A stretch of 60,498 bases of DNA, the filler included, from Catajapyx aquilonaris (taxonomy: Eukaryota), in NCBI GenBank assembly GCA_000934665.2. It is 3 parts of 3 records of this genome, joined end to end, with 100 filler letters (N's around TTAATTAATTAA, not from the genome) between each part and the next. Parts side by side here need not be neighbours in the genome. Positions count along the whole stretch, not along the records: positions 40,403 to 60,498 come from JYFJ02006335.1; 2 more parts are not named here. The stretch is one strand, 5' to 3'. The position numbers were made by a program, and so were the translations under genes. The first letter of the stretch is position 1, and every line of letters begins with the position of its first letter. The notes beneath the pieces are model-generated. The model did not search any database. It was not told the origin of the DNA and saw only the letters and a program-made list of their open reading frames with translations. This document shows, piece after piece, positions 53,401-60,498 of the stretch.

Positions 53401-56400
53401 TTGCATCATCCCAGGAGGTGGAGGTGCAATTGGAATGGACCTTCCCATATTGGGGAGAGGAGGGCATGGGGGAGGGGGAGGAACAGAGGATGATGGGGGC
53501 ATAGGCGGCGGAGGTGGGGCAGGAGGAGGAGGTGGTCCGCTTCCACTGCCAATACCATTGCTAACACTGCCTTCTGAAAAATACAAGCAAGTGTCTTGTT
53601 TCTTGTGTGCTCAGAAGGCACAAGAATTTATTCTCTGAAAACATTTCTTGCAAAAAAATTGTAACCAGTACCAAAAACAATCACAAATTTATTATACACT
53701 CACCCCCGCCATCCTCTGCCATCAGCCCTAACAAGATGAGTACATCATTTTGTGTTCTTCACTAATATTTATCAGCAAAATAATTCTTCTGGTGTGTGAA
53801 AAAGCCACTCAGAAACCACTAGAATTTGTCATGAGAGACACGTGAGTTTTGCCAATAATTATTTTTTTAGTTTGATCAGCACATGATGATACCCATCTCA
53901 TTAGTGTTAATTCCCCGCTTTAAAAAACCCACATGCAAGTCTATAAATTCCGTTTACAGTGCCAACTTTAAATAGTTTTGTTCATGATGATAATACCACG
54001 TCATTTCAGGATTTTAAAGTGCATTGGACAAAAAATTGGCTCCTCCTCCTGTCATTAAATTTCACAGATTTTTATGCACACATGCAGTTCAAAGCGCCCT
54101 GTTAAAATTTTGGATGTATACACTCCCTTAGTGACCTCCAATCCCAATGTGGAGCCACTAAAACATTAATAATGCAGCAGTTGCAGGTGATTTTTGTCTG
54201 GCGTTCTCTTCCATTTTTAGTGTGTCTACATGCAGAATTCTGATTTAGTGTTCTGTTCACCAATTACAATTACAAAAGTAGCCTATATATTATAATAGTT
54301 GTGGTTTTGTCCATATCAAACTGCTCGTTGTAATGAACGCTTCCCCTAATCCCCTCCCCCCAAAAACGCAGAAAATAATGAAAGTACAACAAAAATAAAA
54401 ATAAAAGTCAAGCGCATGCTGTTAGTTGCCAAAAGCAGAATTGGGTGGTTCCACAGGAATAACATTTAAATGTGCTCCCACGTAATATGTAAAAAGAATT
54501 TGTATAATAATGTAACAAAGTGCTGATTCACAAACCACATGTAAACTACATGAACCAGGCAGCCCCAACCCAAGGCGTATGACTACTACCATTCGACAAT
54601 TTTCCCATCCCCATCAACACCAGTTTACCTTTGGAACCTCCTCTGGGAAGGGTCAGTGTTAGTGTCTCCAGTTCCTGAATCTTACTTTCCAACAGTGACT
54701 GTCGATGGCGAGATTCTTCTTCCCGTTGACTTACAGCCCTTCTGAGAGTCAGGACTTCCTCGTCAATCTGCTTGTGCTTCTCCAACAGTTCATCGCGTTC
54801 TGCCTGCAGCTCTGCCATCTGGTGCTCCATCTCTACTAGTCTGGCCATTGATTCATTCTCCACTTCTTGAATCCTGTCATGAGCCTACAAATGGGATAAA
54901 ATGTGTATAATTTAACTGAAATATAGTAACTAGCTATCTCTACATAGCTGTACAGTAGTTTCATATGGATAGTTTCGGATTTTTGTAAAGTCCACATTTC
55001 ATCAAACTGTTATCAAAGAAAATCCACGAATCTCACACACTTCAGGGAGTTCAAATAGACTATGTCAGCATTCAGTCTGCATTACTCACATGTCCAAGTT
55101 CATCTTCCAACTCTGCAACTTTTTCCAAAGCTGCAGTTTTTGTCTCACTATCTTCCATGAGAGCATCAACATCAAAGACATTGTCGAGATATGCTGATAT
55201 CTGAACCTGCACAAGTCAAATTGAGGAATTAATAACACTTCAAAAATATGAATACGATCGGAAATACAAGTCACAGGAATCATCTCCTACCTGCAGCTCT
55301 TCACTCTCTGTATGCCTGATCTTCTCCAGGTAATCATCCAGCCCTAGTTTTGTGAATTCATACTGAAGGTGGACCCTGTAGTTCATGTCTTCTACTGAAT
55401 GCACCACTATGTTTATGAACTGCATACATGCAACCTGCCAAATATGAAAAATTAGTTACTGTATTATTTGTCATCCACCTACTTGTTAAATTGTAAGTGA
55501 CAGAAACGCCTGTTCTAAGAACAACAGCTCATCGCAAGTAATTGTCACTGTCATGTACAAGTGTCATGCAAGGAAGAAACTCACCATAAACTCTATGTGA
55601 AAGACCTCATAGTTCATGAAGTACTCCATAAGGGTCTCGAACCTCCTCTTCTCCTGGCAGGTCTCCTTGAAGCTGTCGAAAGCATTCAGAATGATTTCAT
55701 GTCCTCCCTTGACTAGACATATTGCACCCATAAGCTCCAGCACCAGGGCTTTGGTCCTGCAAGGAAAGAGCACCAGTCACCAACTGACCACACATCAGGG
55801 TGCATTCTCCTAATTGTAACCTCTTAGGAACCACCACTTCCTCATACAAAACTTGTTTTCATTCACAGCTTAACCCCCCCCCCCCTCTTTTTCTCTCACA
55901 AAAAAATAGGGAGTGGAGAAAAAAATTGGCACCATGAAGACCTTAGCTTGTTATGAGGTCTTCCTTAAGTGACATGTGGGAGTCTATGCCACCCTCATAT
56001 TTCATACTCGTCACTCATTTCGAGGAAAGCCGACCACATTCATCTCATTGAAGGGCAATAACTCGAGATAATAAGCAGCTTCCCTACTCCTAGACACATA
56101 CATTGGTCAAGGTCTCGGACAATGACCCTCTTCCTCATGTTGCTTTAATTTGACCACTGTTCCAGGCGCTATCTGCTAGCTAGGTGATCATTAACTACAA
56201 TTCCAGCAGCCTTCCAGAAAGTCTATTTTTAAAATGCATTACAGCGTATAATTACGCCAGAACAATGAGCAAGTTTACATTGTTCATTCCAGTTCTCAAA
56301 GCTATAGTCGAGCATGCTGCAGAGCTAAACCCGACCTGAAAGTACCATTTAAAAACCTCTTATCAGGAGTAAACACGGGTGTTATCCGCGCAGTTTTTTT

Positions 56401-59400
56401 TTTTGCCCCATATGCACCCATATCACGTGGTATTCTGCAACTGATAGGCTCCGGGAGTGTTAGTCACCCACTGTTATGAATCATTAAATATAGCTTGGGT
56501 GCAGACATGGAATGCGCGATAGTAGTTAGTCATCAGTTCGCGTCCTTCGCACAAAAACTAAAGTACACCCACAAAATACTGGAGATCCGGGAGACAATTT
56601 CTGTCAGTCACTTGAAATATACCGGTGTCACAAGGGTCGTCAGAAACTCGTTGATAGTTCGTCACCAGCCAGAGCAGCACTAATTGAGATATACTGCTTT
56701 GCCATTCAATGCTGTTAAACTTATGTCAGCTCATTCCCTGCACAAGTGGACTGCATTTATATCTCAAATGAAGTGTTTTATCACTTGACACAAATATGAC
56801 GGCCAATAAAAATTTGCATGCCGTATCTACGCCCTTTGCTTTTCCCCCTCTAATTGCTGAAAAACCATCACATTGGCGGGGAGTCGATCTTATAAATTGC
56901 AATTGCGAGAGATAATGAGCCACTTCATACTCCTTCCGCGTGTTTTATTGCCACACTGCCAGAAATTAGCGCAATGAGCAGAAATTCCCGTCGGTCATCT
57001 GCATACAAAACAGGCCATAAAGCATTTTGGCTGCAGCCCTGAGATTGTTACAAGTTCGTGACTCTATCTGGGCATCTGAAAAGGGGCGGGTCCAACGTCA
57101 CCCAGCAAAAAAGGTAGGTAATCGTGTAGTAACAGCATGAGGGGTGCAGGTGGAGGGGGGGACGAAAAAAAATTACAACACTTAACCCAAACATATCATT
57201 AGTCTCCAGGATCAGCCTGGCCTGCGAATCAGCATAATTTATTTTGTTGCAATGGCGTGCGACTAGGTGGGATTGAAAAAGTGGGTGCAATACGTCTTCC
57301 ACTCTCACCTGTATAATCAACGTGAAGGCGGATATTTGTTTCTCTCACCAGCTCACTCAAAAACATTTTGTAAATAACATATAGGCACATTGCATACAAT
57401 CCGCATATAAATATTGCTCGTAAATAATTCCAGGCATGGAAACCTGAGTCGCGGTCTCACGTAACCAATGATTACTAAATAAACAGCCAACCCCCTTTTA
57501 TCAGCACTCTCGGTTCACTCACACTAATGAAAAGGGCCCAAACACACATGCAAACTGAGAATCCTCGGAACGAAAGGTGTGTGTAGACTCTCCCATATCA
57601 AGTATCAGGTCCGTAATTTATTACCTCCAATTACCAAATTGAAGGTAATTGCTATCAAGACATCGTAAATTCGCCTCCCATTAAATTTTTTGAAAGGCGC
57701 ACAATAGCACTTTCCACGTGCACCATAACAGCCGGAGAGCCGGATTATTTACGACCTTACAGTATTTGCATGCAAAATTGAAACCGAAACGCCGCATTGT
57801 GAAAATTTTCCCCCTTATTCGCGACATTCCTTCCAACACGTTCCCCCAGTCTTTCAGCCAGACCCGTGCGTGTCAAAAGTGAGAGAAGCGTACAAGGATT
57901 AGGGTGGGGCATCCATATGTCCCCTGCAGTCACATTCAAGGCTTCCCTTTTTTGGGGGGAACTGGCAGCAAGGGCCCACCAACGAGTAGGCCGATGCCAT
58001 GAGCACAAGCCGAAATGCTAATGCACCCCATTCATATTACCCTTGGCCTTTTCCATTAGCAAGCGACGCATTGGCCGCCTCGACCTTTCCTTTCCACCGC
58101 CCCATTCATCCACAACACCTAAAAACTAAACAGGCGAAAGACTGACCTTAAACTCTTGTGGATAAGGCTTAGTGATATGCAGTTGATGGCCTCTCGATGT
58201 TGGATCACCATGTTGAACCCATACTGTAAAAATGCGGAAATTTTTTTGGCATGTTATATTCGTGTCATCAGCAGGTGAGATTTATTATGACGGATGGCAT
58301 CCGGCTCTAATCTGGCACGGTTTTTTCAAGCACAAATAGCCATATTAATCAAGGAGCTCCGCCACACAGTGCGGGAATCACGAAGCAAACATGAGTCGGC
58401 ATGAGGGTCAAACATAATTCCACAGGAATCCCGGAGCCGGGACCAGCCAACCTTTTGAGCAGAGGATTAGTGTCCACCCAACCCACCCACCCACCCAGGC
58501 TATCCTCAGGTGAGGCCCTGACATAATCGAGGAAGAAAAGTGGACCGGAGAGAAGGGCACAACCAAGGCTCTGAGTCAACTCCAACCATCCAAAGCCTCG
58601 CCCCTTTTTCAAAAATGGATGTCTGGAATACTAAGGAGGAGCCAGGCTTTGTCTGTCTGCAGATTGAAAGGTCCTTAGGTCTTTCTCCAGGGGTGAGATG
58701 GGTGGGGGATTCCAGCCGACAGGCGGCTGGGGAGGCTCAAAGAGACGGCTCCTGCCCACCTTCCACGTCCTGACTCAAGCAATTTACCAAAGTGCCAATA
58801 TGGTATGCCCAGAAAGCGGTTTTTTCGCAGCGACAATATCCTCCCACCTTGTTGTTCATGATGGCTCGAAGGCACATGATGCAGACATGCGTGTCATCCT
58901 TGGACTCTCCCATCTTCATCTTGGCCACGTGCTTGGATGCACGCCTCATTCGTGGGGTGTCGATGTCCAGGGCTGGTCGTATGTGTCCGTTGGACAGGCC
59001 TTCGTTCGAGTTTTGCCTGGATTCTGATATCCTCTGTTCGTGCCTGCGGGAAAGCGATCAAGTCATAACCATGCTCCATTACTTCCGAGTGAGCATCAAA
59101 ATTACATGTGTACGTCATGCGGCGTTAATTCTGGGATGAATCGACTTCATCAAGCATTAATTTCCAGAAAGAAAGAACCTGCTCACCTCATCATGACTAG
59201 TCTAAAACTCAAGTAATCTATCAACACGTCCAAGCCTTGATTCTGTTCGTTGAGGAACTCTCGAACCCACCTGGAAGAAGGGGAGAAAAAAAAAATCAAA
59301 CAAATTAATCTTTCGCTCTAAAATGATCCAGACATCGATTAGAATAACATTATGACTTATGACAGGCCCCGTCATATTCATCATTCCGCTGATAAAGGCT

Positions 59401-59729
59401 TCCATTGAGCAACTTTATGAATAGATATAACTGTCCAATATTGAACCTTAAAAAACGTGGCATATACGTTGCTAATTTCATACATTTTCCTAAATCCACA
59501 AAACACAATGGTATTATCCTGGCAACAAATTCTGAATACAATGCAAGAGACAACCAGCTTTTATATCCTTCCGGCTCTTCATGCATTATGAAAGGTCGCT
59601 TGGGCTGAACCTAAACCTGGGGGGGAATATACTGGAAAAGTCTACTTACTCGATGTGGTTGGTGCGTAATGAAATTTCGAGATCTCTCAGGACCTGCGTG
59701 GAGGTGGAATCACCCACCATCTTCCGCTT
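50467..59729 (-). CDS. FMNL: Formin-like protein (FMNL/Frl family: GBD/FH3, FH1, FH2, C-terminal DAD-like tail); 5'-partial
   Basis: Exons 59729-59650, 59270-59187, 59043-58848, 58223-58147, 55756-55585, 55434-55291, 55206-55090, 54884-54629, (53727-53704), 53573-53311, 53237-53039, 52791-52664, 52576-52412, 52342-52063, 51753-51470, 50976-50860, 50679-50467; phases consistent. Motifs [32 protein letters not shown], poly-Pro, [53 protein letters not shown]. Confidence 0.95.
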
Positions 59730-60498
59730 CTGAAAAATGTAAAAACCGGAAGCTCTATACAGATCATCTCACAAAACATGCACATTCTATACATATCTCG
59801 GTGTTTTAGAGGCGGGTCCTAACCCATTCCTCAAGAGGTGCCAAGTCTAAAATAACTGTGTCTGTGCCCCAACATATCGCGCATTTGGTTTGAAAAGACT
59901 GCAGCCCATTATGGTCATTTTTATACAGTTATTGCTGAGTGTGTGTTGCAAATTTGCGCACACCCAAGAAGAAATAAAAGTCAGGAGCGGATATATATGC
60001 GAGTGTACATCCGTTATATCCTTATGCCCATCTCTGCGCAAAATTATCAGTGTTCCGCATTCCTTTGATGCTCGTAGGTTGCACATGGGTTATTTTCATC
60101 TGTTAACTTGATTAAATACCGCTGAATACACACCCACACCCATACCAGTAATGCTTATTGCATTTTTATTCGTCATGTTGCACTTGTATGAGAAATATTG
60201 TTATTTAGAAGGTTTATAATGTTCCCCTGTATTATGATTACGAATCGACACAAATCATGACACCGTGCATTAACAAGCAAGCAAATGTGACTATCGGTCT
60301 ATTATTTCAGGTTGACTTGTTCTGCCTTTTTTGTTACGTCGGTAGCACATTAAAATAAAATAAAAACGTAAATCGACATTCCTGCACTTCAAGCACACAG
60401 CATGGGAGATGGGCGTATGAAAGATTTCACACTGCTTTCGTTTTATGATCTTAAAGCTACTCAAAACAAAATATTTGTCTTGTGCAAAAAAAAAAAAA

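Overview
Eukaryotic (arthropod, probably insect) genomic DNA with short GT-AG introns. The window is three separate ~20.1-kb contigs (1-20102, 20203-40302, 40403-60498) joined by artificial 100-bp N44-TTAATTAATTAA-N44 spacers, so nothing can be inferred across the joins. Contig 1 is dense in transposon debris: Sola2-like, Kolobok-like, PIF/Harbinger, hAT and Tc1/mariner non-autonomous elements, tRNA-derived SINEs and a near full-length dead mariner. It also holds the first three exons of a BARD1-like gene, whose first two exons are missed by the ORF track and whose RING keeps only one of the two zinc sites. Contig 2 has a tandem pair of Polycomb Scm genes: a full-length copy (2xFCS, 2xMBT, SLED, SAM) and an intact short copy with only 2xFCS + SAM, whose SAM exon differs mostly at synonymous sites. 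It also has a C2H2 zinc-finger gene and the 3' part of a divergent HIPK/DYRK-like kinase. Contig 3 has CDK12 (3'-truncated) and formin-like FMNL/Frl (5'-truncated). The best novelty candidates are the MBT/SLED-less Scm paralog, the half-RING BARD1-like protein and the kinase lacking the activation-loop tyrosine. All family calls come from motif recognition and manual splicing; no searches were run.
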